A DNA stretch of 52,977 nt from Bacillota bacterium (GCA_009786825.1 WQRI01000003.1:1-52977), one strand, 5' to 3'; shown: positions 34,613-44,004, numbered from the stretch's first letter. Notes: generated from the letters alone by a model not told the origin. Program-made: numbers and translations.

Positions 34613-34789
34613 TGAGTTGCGTAAGTTTTGGATAGGTGACACACGCTTAACTGTTGGTTTTGCAAAAGGTTGAATAAGGTAGAAAGGTGGCAAGGCAGAA
34701 AGTGCGGTAGAAAAACTTATAGTCAGAAAAAATATTTTTATATATAAATACCGGTTTTAAAAACTGGGCAAAAAAGGAGACACATCAAA

Positions 34790-36496
34790 ATGAATGACAA
34801 CACGGACAACAAAGAAGTGGAAAGCACAGAAGTGCAAACCACTAACGAACAGGTGCCTGCTGTGGCGGGCGGACAGGCTGGCTTTTCTGTTAAAAGAAAA
34901 ATCAGTTTATCTACAGAATACGAGGCTGGTCATATACCAGACAACAAGCGCAAAGGCTTTTTAGTTATGTTTGTGCTTATGGTTACCTTCACGCTTTTTT
35001 CGGCTAGTATGTGGGCTGGAAACACGCTTGGTGGTGGACTTCAACTTTCTGATTTTATTTGGGCTATTGTAATTGGTGGTCTTATTTTAATGACCTACAC
35101 ATCTTTACTTGCATACATAGGTAGCAAGACGGGTTTTAGTATGGACCTTTTAGCAAGGCGCTCTTTCGGTAAATTCGGCTCTTTCTTGCCATCTGTAATG
35201 ATAGGCTTTACGCAAATCGGCTGGGTTGGTGTAGGTATTGGTATGTTAGCGATTCCGGTTGCTAATTACTTAGATATTAACCACTGGTGGTTGATTATTG
35301 GTGGTGGTGCGCTTATGACTGCTACTGCGTTTTTTGGCATTAGAGGACTACAAGTTTTAAGCTTTATATCTATGCCATTAATTGTTATACTTGGTAGTAT
35401 TTCTATGGGTATGGCGCTTAATGATTTTGACGGACCATTCCGCAACATTTTTGGTGGTGGCGAACAAATTACAGTTATGGCTGGTATCGGAATTGTTATT
35501 GGTACGTTTATAAGTGGTGGTACGGCTACGCCAAACTTTGCACGATTTGCAAAAAGCGCTAGAATTGCTGTAATATGTACTGCGGCGGCTTTCTTTTTAG
35601 GAAACACGCTTATGTTTATGTTTGGTGCTGTGGGTGGCGGTGTTATGGGTCCGGATTACAACGACATATTTAATGTTATGATAGCGCAAAACTTAGCACT
35701 TGTAGCAATAGTTGTTTTAGGTTTAAACATTTGGACAACGAACGACAGCGGGTTATACTCGGCGTCTTTAGGTATGCACAATATTGCAAACACAACAAAG
35801 GACGAACTTTATGAGAGCGGCGCTATAAAGCAAACGCAGGTTGTAAAGCAAAACGTAAAACCACAAGAGACAGAAGAGAAAGGCTTTACATTACTTAGCA
35901 AAAGAAATATGGTATTAGTGGGCGGTATTATCGCAACACTTGCGGCATACTGGCTTTACTGGAATTTTGTTACGTGGCTTGGTTTTTTAAGTGCTACGCT
36001 TCCGCCGATTGGTATAATACTAATACTAGACTATTTTATTAGAAAAAGAAACTACGCAAAAGACACTAACCCTACAAGAACAATAAATCATTTTGCGATA
36101 GCGGGTGTTGTTGTTGCGGCTTTAATTGCAAATATACCAACCATTTTCGAAGTAGAGCCATTTGGTATTGCGCCAGTTAATGCGATGGTAGTTGCTGCAT
36201 TGTTCTATTTTATTGGCTTGTTTGTAAACTTTAGAGTAAACAATTTAAAGGCTGATGGGCAAGCGGCAGAGATAGGCAGAACAATTGTTGCAAGTGTTAT
36301 GCTTTTAGCGGGTGCTATTTTTGTGGCGGCTTTCTTAGTGGGCTTTGTGATTATCCACGGGTTTACATCTAACATAACGCTTGTTGTTACGCATATTGCT
36401 TTAATAATAGGTGCTATATTTATTTGCGCGGCTGGTACGCTTTTCCAAGGTAAAGAAAAAGACCCGCTTGCACAGCAAGAGGTGCTTGATAAATAA
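34790..36496 (+). CDS. codB: Cytosine permease (NCS1 family), enlarged
   Basis: Collinear with E. coli CodB: FSASMW.G.TLG.GL...F....IG.L.L..Y.S.L.YIG.KTG....LLAR.SFG..GS.LPS...G.TQ.GW.GVG...LGLNIWTTND..LY.ASLG. Has extra N- and C-terminal segments and a hydrophilic insert (TKDELYESGAIKQTQVVKQNVKPQETEEKG). Confidence 0.9.
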   Translation: MNDNTDNKEVESTEVQTTNEQVPAVAGGQAGFSVKRKISLSTEYEAGHIPDNKRKGFLVMFVLMVTFTLFSASMWAGNTLGGGLQLSDFIWAIVIGGLILMTYTSLLAYIGSKTGFSMDLLARRSFGKFGSFLPSVMIGFTQIGWVGVGIGMLAIPVANYLDINHWWLIIGGGALMTATAFFGIRGLQVLSFISMPLIVILGSISMGMALNDFDGPFRNIFGGGEQITVMAGIGIVIGTFISGGTATPNFARFAKSARIAVICTAAAFFLGNTLMFMFGAVGGGVMGPDYNDIFNVMIAQNLALVAIVVLGLNIWTTNDSGLYSASLGMHNIANTTKDELYESGAIKQTQVVKQNVKPQETEEKGFTLLSKRNMVLVGGIIATLAAYWLYWNFVTWLGFLSATLPPIGIILILDYFIRKRNYAKDTNPTRTINHFAIAGVVVAALIANIPTIFEVEPFGIAPVNAMVVAALFYFIGLFVNFRVNNLKADGQAAEIGRTIVASVMLLAGAIFVAAFLVGFVIIHGFTSNITLVVTHIALIIGAIFICAAGTLFQGKEKDPLAQQEVLDK

Positions 36497-36621
36497 AATT
36501 TTTGTCTGAGTGCCTCCGCAGTTTTCAGGTAGCGTTTGGCTTAAGGCTTGCGGGCGTAGTCACAAGGTCAAAAATTTTATATATCTGCGCTGACATCTCA
36601 CCACAACCTAGAACTATAATA
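36493..36621 (+). repeat. F3 element copy 1
   Basis: ATAAAATTTTTGTC (overlapping the codB TAA) pairs with GTCAAAAATTTTAT at 36567-36580. The block AAGGTCAAAAATTTTATATATCT...CACAACCTAGAACTATAATA is shared with 38669-38765. Confidence 0.65.
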
Positions 36622-36769
36622 GGGCTAAGGAACTTGCGAGATAAGGCGTGCTATTTCACCTTTAATAATATGTAGGGGTGGTTACGGAAGTTAAGGGGGC
36701 GGTGGAATGTTAACCGCCCTTTTGATTTAAGTAGAATTTTCAGTTCTGCATTCTCTGATGGGGATAATT

Positions 36770-38002
36770 ATGCTTATAAAAAATGTATTTTTAGAAAACG
36801 CTAAAGAAGCGGTTGATGTTAGGGTAAAAGATGGCAAGTTTGAGACTATTGCCAAAAACATTACAAAAAAGGCGGGCGAGAATGTGTTAGACTTAGGTGG
36901 TAAGTTGATGCTTCCGCCATTTATAGACTCTCATATGCATCTAGATTCTGTGCTGACGGCGGGCGAGCCGGTTTGGAATTTAAGTGGTACGCTGTTTGAA
37001 GGGATAGAGATATGGTCTAAAAGGAAGCAAACGCTTACGGCAGATGATGTGAAGTCGCGCGTGAATAGGGCGGTTAGAATGCAAGCGGCGCACGGCATTC
37101 AGCATATTCGCACGCACGTAGATGTGACGGACGAAAAACTTACGGCGCTAAAAGCGATTGTAGAGTTAAGGGAAGAGTTGAAAAATTTTGTAAACATACA
37201 AATTGTTGCCTTTCCGCAAGAGGGGATAATGTCTTACAAAAATGGGCGCGCGCTAATGGAGAGAGCAATTGCAGAGGGGGCAGATGTTGTTGGGGCTATT
37301 CCGCATTTTGAGTATACGAGAGAGTATGGGGTCGAGTCTGTAAATTTTGCGATAGAACTAGCCCTAAAGCACAACAAACTTGTGGATATTCATTGCGATG
37401 AGATAGATGACGATGCTTCGCGCTTTTTAGAGACTGTTGCGACTCGCGCGTACGAGAGCGGTTTAAAAAGCAAGGTTACGGCTTCTCACACAACGGCTAT
37501 GGGTTCTTACAATAATGCTTACGCTTACAAGTTGTTCAGGATTTTGGGCAAGAGTGATATCAACTTTGTATCCAACCCGCACATAAACACTCACATTCAA
37601 GGTAGGACTGATACCTACCCAAAAAGGCGCGGGCTAACGCGAGTGAAAGAACTTTTGGCAAACGGCAATAATGTGTCGTTTGGCTACGACTGCATACAAG
37701 ACCCGTGGTACCCACTAGGCACGGGCAATATGCTAGACCCGGTTCATATGGGGCTGCACGTGTGCCAGATGATGGGCTATGAAGAAATTCTAAACTCTTA
37801 CAAACTAGTAACCACAAACGCAGCAAAAACCCTAAGCCTAAAAAACTACGGCATAAAAAAGGGCAACCCCGCAAGCTTTATAATACTAGATGCGACCAAC
37901 TTCCACGAAGCCCTAAGCACGCGCGCACCAGTTCTATACTCTTATAAAAACGGAAACCTACTAGCCTCAACACAACCCGCAAAAACCCAAATAACATTCT
38001 AG
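36770..38002 (+). CDS. codA: Cytosine deaminase
   Basis: PPFIDSHMHLDSVLTAGEPVWNLSGTLFEGIEIWSKRKQTLTADDVKSR......AHGIQHIRTHVDV matches the E. coli CodA metal-site region. ATG 36770 is preferred (GGGGA 5 nt upstream); ATG 36758 is the alternative. Confidence 0.92.
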   Translation: MLIKNVFLENAKEAVDVRVKDGKFETIAKNITKKAGENVLDLGGKLMLPPFIDSHMHLDSVLTAGEPVWNLSGTLFEGIEIWSKRKQTLTADDVKSRVNRAVRMQAAHGIQHIRTHVDVTDEKLTALKAIVELREELKNFVNIQIVAFPQEGIMSYKNGRALMERAIAEGADVVGAIPHFEYTREYGVESVNFAIELALKHNKLVDIHCDEIDDDASRFLETVATRAYESGLKSKVTASHTTAMGSYNNAYAYKLFRILGKSDINFVSNPHINTHIQGRTDTYPKRRGLTRVKELLANGNNVSFGYDCIQDPWYPLGTGNMLDPVHMGLHVCQMMGYEEILNSYKLVTTNAAKTLSLKNYGIKKGNPASFIILDATNFHEALSTRAPVLYSYKNGNLLASTQPAKTQITF

Positions 38003-38174
38003 ATGTATATCTCGCCGGGTACTATAAAAGATTGACTTGTGATTTTGAATGTGGTAAAATAAATGCACGAAGCACAGGGTGATTTATAAGTTGTACGTGC
38101 ATTCGCAAAACCCTGTTGGCAAAGCGAATATAAGGAGAGTTAGAGCATTTTAAAATTTTTAGGAGTGAAAGATT

Positions 38175-38774
38175 ATGGTTGTTATTGATGTGAGTGGGGT
38201 TGTGTTGGAGACTGAGCGGCTTGTTTTGCGGGCTTTTAGGTTAGACGATTTGGACGATTTTTATGAGTATGCGAGTGTGGCTGGTGTTGGTGAGATGGCG
38301 GGTTGGAGTTATCATAAAAGTAAGACCGAGAGCCTAGAGATTTTAAATATGTTTATAAGTGGTAAGAAAGAGTTTGCTATTGTAGACAAGGCGACTGTTA
38401 GTGCTGTTCACCCGCGCGGTAAACTTATAGGCAGTTTGGGTATTAATGAGAGTGTTAGAACCCAAGCGGACAACAAAATTTATGCAGGGCTTATTATGAG
38501 AGAGTTAGGGTTTGTTTTGTCTAAGGCTTATTGGGGGCGCGGGCTTATACCCGAGGCTTGTCGCGCTGTGATTGAGTGGCTGTTTAGTGAGACTAACTTA
38601 GATGCCATTACGATTAGCCACTTTATAGAAAATGCACAAAGCAAGCGCGTAATAGCCCGGCACTCGAAGTATAAAATTTTGTCGGTTGTTTGCCTACGGC
38701 AAGCCAAAGGTCAAAATTTTATACATTCTCGTGCCAACGAACAACACAACCTAGAACAATATACTCATTTATGA
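38175..38774 (+). pseudogene. GNAT (RimJ/RimL-like) N-acetyltransferase, with the 3' end replaced by F3 repeat sequence (possibly truncated)
   Basis: LETERLVLRAF...DDL.DFYEY....GEMAGW....ELGFVLSKAYWGRGLIPEACRAVIEWLF....LDAITISHFIENAQSKRVI is a typical GNAT sequence. From about 38652 the frame reads through F3 copy 2 (RHSKYKILSVVCLRQAKGQNFIHSRANEQHNLEQYTHL). Confidence 0.5.
38669..38765 (+). repeat. F3 element copy 2
   Basis: GTATAAAATTTTGTC...GTCAAAATTTTATAC inverted repeat enclosing the hairpin TTGCC-TACG-GCAAG, then CATTCTCGTGCCAACGAACAACACAACCTAGAACAATATAC. Confidence 0.65.
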
Positions 38775-38848
38775 ACTTACGTGCTGAAAGTAAGGAGGTA
38801 AGTGGGGGAGTTGCTGAAAAAATTCTAGAAAAAGTTTTACAAAAATGA

Positions 38849-38877
38849 TTGCATTATTTTTGTAAAAGTGTTATAAT
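38849..38877 (+). promoter_or_regulatory. Strong sigma-A promoter with extended -10, upstream of rpiB
   Basis: TTGCAT (38849-38854), 17-nt spacer, TGT-TATAAT (-10 at 38872-38877). Confidence 0.6.
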
Positions 38878-39087
38878 ATTATTGTATAGGGAGTTAAGCC
38901 CTTTAAATATATAGCGCTTTTGTTAGTGGCTGGCTATAAGTTTTTTTTCTAACGTTTGTCTTTTAAGTTAGGTTTAAATCGTTTGCTACATATCTTGTGT
39001 AGCAAGGCTGGTGACTAGCGCGGTGCGTATTTTACACTATTTTGTTTAATGCAAATTAGTCCACCATATGTTTTGGGGGTAAGCGGA

Positions 39088-39549
39088 ATGATTGCTATCG
39101 CTTGTGACCACGCTGGATTTAAACTTAAAAACCAGATTATTAAACATTTTAGCGGCAAGGTTCTACCTTGTAGCTTTAGTGGTGAAAGCCAAAAACTAGA
39201 GTTTAAAGACTTAGGAGCCGACTCTGAGCAGTCTGTTGATTATCCCGATTTTGCAAAATTAGTGGCATTTTCTGTTGCCGCGGGGGAGAGCAAGGTCGGT
39301 TTTTTAATTTGCGGCAGCGGGATAGGAATGAGCATAGCGGCAAACAAAGTTGGTGGCATAAGGGCAGCACTTGTAGAAGACGCCGAGCGCGCAAAACTTA
39401 CAAGGCAACATAACGACGCAAATGTTTTAGTGTTGGGCGCAAGATTTTTAGAAAACGAAGCAGAAGTATATAGTATTATAGAAAACTTTTTAACCACAAA
39501 GTTTGAGGGCGGTAGGCACAAGGCTCGGGTGGATAAAATAGAGAAATAA
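39088..39549 (+). CDS. rpiB: Ribose-5-phosphate isomerase B (RpiB/LacAB family)
   Basis: MIAIACDHAGFKLKN.I......VDYPDFA..V......G....G.LICGSGIGMSIAANKV.GIRAAL..D...A.L.R.HNDANVL.LGAR........I...FL.T.FEGGRH..RV.KI. The track start 39049 was moved to ATG 39088. Confidence 0.88.
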   Translation: MIAIACDHAGFKLKNQIIKHFSGKVLPCSFSGESQKLEFKDLGADSEQSVDYPDFAKLVAFSVAAGESKVGFLICGSGIGMSIAANKVGGIRAALVEDAERAKLTRQHNDANVLVLGARFLENEAEVYSIIENFLTTKFEGGRHKARVDKIEK

Positions 39550-39564
39550 GAAATTTATAGAATA

Positions 39565-39726
39565 AATTAAATTACAAATTACAATTTACAAATTACAAAT
39601 GCGAAACTCATAAAACGCAAAGCGTTAGAGCAGTTACACAACTAGTGCGCACAATTTGAACTTGCAATATTCTCGCGAAGCGAGTTAAATCATTTGTACA
39701 TTGTACATTGTACACTACTGTAATTT
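39565..39726 (-). repeat. F1 element copy T (reverse)
   Basis: Arm AAATTAAATTACAAATTACAATTTACAAATTACAAATG, GCGAAACTCATAA, ... TCTCGCGAAGCGAGTTAAATC (hairpin CTCGC-GAA-GCGAG), arm ATTTGTACATTGTACATTGTACACTACTGTAATTT. Confidence 0.85.
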
Positions 39727-39735
39727 GGAGAAGTT

Positions 39736-40173
39736 ATGCAAAACAAGTTAATTAAAGAGATTTTAGCGGCAGAGGCAGAGGCAGACATTATTGTTAAAGA
39801 TGCAAGAGAGAAGTCTGCACAAATTGTTACTAGCGCAAAAAGGCAAGCAGAGACCATTATTGAAGAGTTAGCAAAAAAGGCTAACATTGAGACTGCTCAG
39901 ATATTGTCTAGCATAGAAACAGATGAGAGAGTTATAAAAAAGTACGAGGCAGAGTTTAGCGAAAAGGCAAAAAACTTAAAGGCGGAAGCAACAAAAAAGT
40001 ATGCTAAAGTTGCTGATTTTATAGTTGGCGCTGTAGTGCAAAAATATTCGGGCGTGGAAGAGACTGCGGCTAAAAAAGCACCGGCTAAGGCTTCGGCTTC
40101 TAAGGCTACTGCTAAGGCTGCGCCAAAGACTACTGCTTCTAAAACTACGGCTAAAAAGCCAGCAAAAAAATAG
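39736..40173 (+). CDS. ntpF: V-type ATPase small peripheral-stalk subunit (NtpF/G-like), with an Ala/Lys/Thr-rich C-terminal tail
   Basis: First gene of the ntp cluster. N-terminus LIKEILAAEAEADIIVKDAREKSAQIVTSAKRQAE is typical of stalk subunits. Tail AAKKAPAKASASKATAKAAPKTTASKTTAKKPAKK. Confidence 0.6.
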   Translation: MQNKLIKEILAAEAEADIIVKDAREKSAQIVTSAKRQAETIIEELAKKANIETAQILSSIETDERVIKKYEAEFSEKAKNLKAEATKKYAKVADFIVGAVVQKYSGVEETAAKKAPAKASASKATAKAAPKTTASKTTAKKPAKK

Positions 40174-40203
40174 AGCAGAATGCAAAGATAGAGCAGAATG
40201 CAA

Positions 40204-40239
40204 TTTAACATTTACAATTAAAAATTTAACATTCAACAT
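40204..40239. repeat. Solo F1-type arm (fragment U)
   Basis: TTTAACATTTACAATTAAAAATTTAACATTCAACAT, upstream of the ntpI SD. Confidence 0.5.
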
Positions 40240-40255
40240 AGAAAGGTGAGCAAAT

Positions 40256-42268
40256 ATGTCTATCATCAAAATGAAAAAAATGACAGCCGTTGGGTTGCTG
40301 TCTGATAGAGATGTAATACTTAACGAGATTGAAAGGCTGCAATGCATTGATATATCTAACCTAGATGGCGTAGAGCGAACAAAGTTTGACGCTGATAGTG
40401 GTTTTGTGTATCAGACTAAACTTGAAAGGGTTACGCAGGCTATTAAATTTGCTAACGAGTATTATAGCATCTTAAAAAAGAAAAAGCAAAATACATATGG
40501 GGCGGAAGCGGTAATAGAGGGTGGCAGTTTAGACATCTCGCACGATAAGTTTTTGTCTTTTTACGAAAACGAGCAAATATTTGTAGAGGCAGAAAAACTT
40601 TTAGAAATTGCGGGCAAAACTACGCTTGCTAAAAGAGAGTACGACTCACTTTTAAACAAGCGTAATGACGCTAGGTTTTTTAATAATTTCTCTAACAAGT
40701 TTTCTGAAATGAGACTAAGCGCGGCTACTGTAAAGTTTTTAGGAACAGTAAAGACCAAAGCGGTAGACAGCATTATAAAAGAGATTGGCGAGAGCGAAGA
40801 GTATTCTAGCCTTGGCATTTTATTCGAAGTTGTGGGCGGCGCTAAAAAAACAAGTGGTGTTTTGGCGGTTGCGGCGGTTGAGCATAAAGAGAAGTTAGAG
40901 GCTTTATTACACACTTACGATTTTAAGCCAACAATGCTTAAAGACGACAAAACGGGCGTAGAGCTTTTAAACTATATAGACACAAAGGTTGCGGCTTTAG
41001 AAAAAGAAATTTTTGATGGTCAAACGCAGGTTATGCAAATTTACGCAAAAAGTGGCACAGACTTTAAAATTGCTCACGATAGTTTGCTTTCAGCGCTAGC
41101 AAGGTTAGATGCAACACAAAGCAGTTTAAAAACAAGAACGGCGTTTGCGTTTACGGCGTGGGTGCCAGAGACTCATCAAGATGATGTTAAAACTGCGCTT
41201 GAGAAAGCCTGCACTAGAATAGAAGTTGGTTTTGATGAGGCAAGCGAAGAAGAAACCCCACCTACATATTTAAAAAACCCTAAGTTAGTAAAGCCATTTG
41301 AGAGCGTTGCTAATATGTATAGCCCGCCAAGCCACAAGCAAACTAACCCAACGCTTTTTGTTGGTGTGTGGTTTTGGATATTGTTTGGCGCGATGTTGGG
41401 CGACTTGGGCTATGGGCTTATCTTATTTGTGGGTCTTGGTCCTTACCTTTTAATTAAAAAGCCACAAGGTGGTTTTGCGGCAGTACTAAGAGTTTTAGCA
41501 ATGTGCGGACTTGCGGCAATATTCTGGGGATTAGCCTTTGGCTCTTTCTTTGGAGTTCCACCACAGTATTTGGGCGGTTTTGGTGACTTTTTAACAACAG
41601 TATCATTTATAGACCCACTATCCGATGCAGTAGATATGATGATGCTTTGTATAATAATAGCGTGCTTACACCTTGGCACATCTAACATATTTGGTTTGGC
41701 AGAAAGGGCAAGGGAAGGCAACTTACTAGAGGGCATAATTAAAAACGGAAGTTGGATGCTAATATTGTTTGGGCTTTTCTTTGTACTGATTGGTCAAGAA
41801 GAGTTTATGGGCGCTGAGTTATTTATGACGGGCATAGCGGCGCTAACTACACTAGGCTTGGTGTTTATTGTGGGCGGAACAGTATTACTTTTAGCAAATG
41901 GATATCAGAGTAGGTCTATATTCGGAAAAGTGTTTGGCGGGCTTGGCGGGCTTTATGGTTATGTTAATCATTTATCAGATGTACTATCATATCTACGTGT
42001 ATTAGGTTTGGCACTTTCTACGGGCGTATTCGGGCTTGTATTCTTTAGTTTGGCGCAGATGTTTGCAGATGCGGGCGGGGCTGCTATAATAGGAAGCGTG
42101 CTAGTTTTAATTGTGGGGCATACATTCTCACTTGCGCTTGCACTTTTAAGCACGTATATCCAAACACTTAGATTACAGTTTGTAGAATCGTTCCCGCGTT
42201 TTTACGAGGGTGGCGGTAGACTGTTTGTTCCATTCGGCGGACAACATAAATATGTAAAAGTAAATTAA
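40256..42268 (+). CDS. ntpI: V-type ATPase subunit I (a-type membrane subunit)
   Basis: 670 aa: hydrophilic N-terminal half, polytopic C-terminal half with LSYLRV.GL.LS motifs. Position is second in the ntp operon. Confidence 0.88.
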   Translation: MSIIKMKKMTAVGLLSDRDVILNEIERLQCIDISNLDGVERTKFDADSGFVYQTKLERVTQAIKFANEYYSILKKKKQNTYGAEAVIEGGSLDISHDKFLSFYENEQIFVEAEKLLEIAGKTTLAKREYDSLLNKRNDARFFNNFSNKFSEMRLSAATVKFLGTVKTKAVDSIIKEIGESEEYSSLGILFEVVGGAKKTSGVLAVAAVEHKEKLEALLHTYDFKPTMLKDDKTGVELLNYIDTKVAALEKEIFDGQTQVMQIYAKSGTDFKIAHDSLLSALARLDATQSSLKTRTAFAFTAWVPETHQDDVKTALEKACTRIEVGFDEASEEETPPTYLKNPKLVKPFESVANMYSPPSHKQTNPTLFVGVWFWILFGAMLGDLGYGLILFVGLGPYLLIKKPQGGFAAVLRVLAMCGLAAIFWGLAFGSFFGVPPQYLGGFGDFLTTVSFIDPLSDAVDMMMLCIIIACLHLGTSNIFGLAERAREGNLLEGIIKNGSWMLILFGLFFVLIGQEEFMGAELFMTGIAALTTLGLVFIVGGTVLLLANGYQSRSIFGKVFGGLGGLYGYVNHLSDVLSYLRVLGLALSTGVFGLVFFSLAQMFADAGGAAIIGSVLVLIVGHTFSLALALLSTYIQTLRLQFVESFPRFYEGGGRLFVPFGGQHKYVKVN

Positions 42269-42271
42269 TTC

Positions 42272-42430
42272 AATGTTAAATTTTAAATGTTTAATGTTTA
42301 ATGGTTTCACCTGCTTCGCGGGCAAGTTTCATTTTGCAAATTTAAAGCAAATGAAAACTGCGACGCTCAAATGTACGGCATATAATGAGTTTAACCATTT
42401 AACATTTAAAATTAAACATTTAACATTTTA
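42272..42430 (+). repeat. F1 element copy V (forward)
   Basis: AATGTTAAATTTTAAATGTTTAATGTTTAATG, GTTTCACCTGCTTCGCGGGCAAG, TTTTGCAAAT, ATAATGAGTTTAAC, CATTTAACATTTAAAATTAAACATTTAACATTTTAAAT. Confidence 0.88.
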
Positions 42431-42486
42431 AATAAATAAATAAAATTCATAAAGTTGGTTTTGTGTAACCAACAAGGAGAAAAAAA

Positions 42487-43020
42487 ATGATACTTACTAT
42501 GGGTATAGCGTGGGGCTTCTTAGGAGCCGCTATAGCAGTAGCGGGTGCTGGTATCGGTTCTAGTATTGGTGCTGGTAGAATAGGTGCATTCTCAACGGGC
42601 GTTGTTGCAGAAAGACCAGAACTTTTTGCAAGGGCATTAATTATTCAATTATTCCCGTCTACACAAATTATTTACGGACTTTTAATATCTTTCTTAATAC
42701 TTTTAGATATCGGAGTTATCGGTGGAAGCGACGATATTTACATCTCTACAGAGCAAGGTATTGCTTATGCCTTTGCTGCACTTCCGGTTGGTATATTAGG
42801 TTTTGCGTCTGCGGCGGCGCAGGGTGGTGCTGGTCAGGGCGCTGTTGCTATGATAGCGAAAAACCCGGCGTTTATGGGTCGTGCGTTTATTAAGGTTGCA
42901 CTAATCGAGACGTTCGCGATTTTCGGCTTACTTATAAGTTTCTTACTTGTTAACGCGGTTTCGGGTTCTGAGCCATACATTCCATACGTACCAACATTGC
43001 CAATATATCCAACGCCGTAA
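42487..43020 (+). CDS. ntpK: V-type ATPase proteolipid subunit K (c, double hairpin)
   Basis: Four predicted TM helices, Gly-rich GAAIAVAGAGIGSSIG, PSTQIIYG in helix 2, LIETFAIFGLLISF in helix 4. SD AAGGAGA. Confidence 0.9.
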   Translation: MILTMGIAWGFLGAAIAVAGAGIGSSIGAGRIGAFSTGVVAERPELFARALIIQLFPSTQIIYGLLISFLILLDIGVIGGSDDIYISTEQGIAYAFAALPVGILGFASAAAQGGAGQGAVAMIAKNPAFMGRAFIKVALIETFAIFGLLISFLLVNAVSGSEPYIPYVPTLPIYPTP

Positions 43021-43051
43021 AAATGCTTAGTGAATGAGTATTGCTTAGTGT

Positions 43052-43129
43052 AAAAAACAAATATTTTTGGTGTTAGTGCAAAAAATAAATATTTTGGTGT
43101 TAGTGCAAAAATAGGTATTTTTGGTAGAC
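43052..43129 (+). repeat. Tandem direct repeat of about 27 bp, 2.8 units
   Basis: AAAAAACAAATATTTTTGGTGTTAGTGC / AAAAAATAAATATTTTGGTGTTAGTGC / AAAAATAGGTATTTTTGGTAGAC. Confidence 0.8.
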
Positions 43130-43226
43130 TAAGTTTTAAGGGCTAGGGGCAGTTTAACGGTAACACTTAAATTATAGAGAGCAAAAAGTTAATGCAAATT
43201 TTTAGAGTTTGCACGAGAGTAACAAA

Positions 43227-43808
43227 ATGGGTAAAAAAGAAATTATTTCTAAAATTTTAGAAACTGCTAAGGCAGAAGCAGACCTTCTTTTGTCGGAGGC
43301 ACAAGCAGAAGCAGAAGCGCTTATAGGTTCGGCTCAAGCTATGGCAGACAGAAGTTATAAAGATGCTTTGCAACAAGCCGAGGCAGAAGTTAGGGCAATT
43401 AAAGAAAGGCAAGAGGCATCTAGCAAAAATGCAACTCGTGATGTTTATGTAAATGCGCAAAACGAGGTTTTAGAAATTGCGTTTTCTAAAGCGCGCGAGG
43501 CTTTTGCAAAGATGAAAGACGCAGACTATAAAAAATTGTTTGAGACACTTATAATATCAGTTGCGGACGATGGCGACGAGGTTGTTGTATCTAAAAAAGA
43601 TGAGAAAGTGTTTACGCAAGCTTTTATAGATGGTGCTGCTAAAAAGGCTGGTAAGAAGTTAAAAATAGCAAAGCATAAAAATGAATTGCAGTCTGGGCTT
43701 TTATTAACGGGCAAAAGGGCAGACAAAATTATAACAATAGAAGCACTTGTTGCAAACACGCGCGTAGATATAGAGCCAAGTGTTGTAGCGCAACTAATTA
43801 ATGCATAA
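43227..43808 (+). CDS. ntpE: V-type ATPase subunit E
   Basis: Charged helical N-terminus ISKILETAKAEADLLLSEAQAEAEALIGSAQ. Size and position match NtpE. ATG 43227 is preferred over TTG 43209. Confidence 0.8.
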   Translation: MGKKEIISKILETAKAEADLLLSEAQAEAEALIGSAQAMADRSYKDALQQAEAEVRAIKERQEASSKNATRDVYVNAQNEVLEIAFSKAREAFAKMKDADYKKLFETLIISVADDGDEVVVSKKDEKVFTQAFIDGAAKKAGKKLKIAKHKNELQSGLLLTGKRADKIITIEALVANTRVDIEPSVVAQLINA

Positions 43809-43820
43809 ATGCATTAATTA

Positions 43821-43979
43821 GATTGAACATTGAACACTGAACATTGAATAATTGTTAAATACGATAAACACAAAAGCGTTTTAACAGTTGTAACTTGGTT
43901 TTGCTGGAATTTTTGAAATGTAATATTTCTTGCGAAGCAAGGTGAAACAATTGTTCATTGTTAATTGTTCAGTGTTCAG
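43821..43979 (-). repeat. F1 element copy W (reverse)
   Basis: Arm GATTGAACATTGAACACTGAACATTGAATAATTG ... TTTCTTGCGAAGCAAGGTGAAAC (hairpin CTTGC-GAA-GCAAG), arm AATTGTTCATTGTTAATTGTTCAGTGTTCAG. Confidence 0.85.
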
Positions 43980-44004
43980 TTAAAAAAACGGAGTTTTTTT
44001 AGAT

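Noticed and set aside
34369-34665. 98-aa minus-strand ORF between rplQ and codB
   Set aside because: A/T-rich and low complexity, with no SD. It is antisense to a plus-strand promoter-terminator unit.
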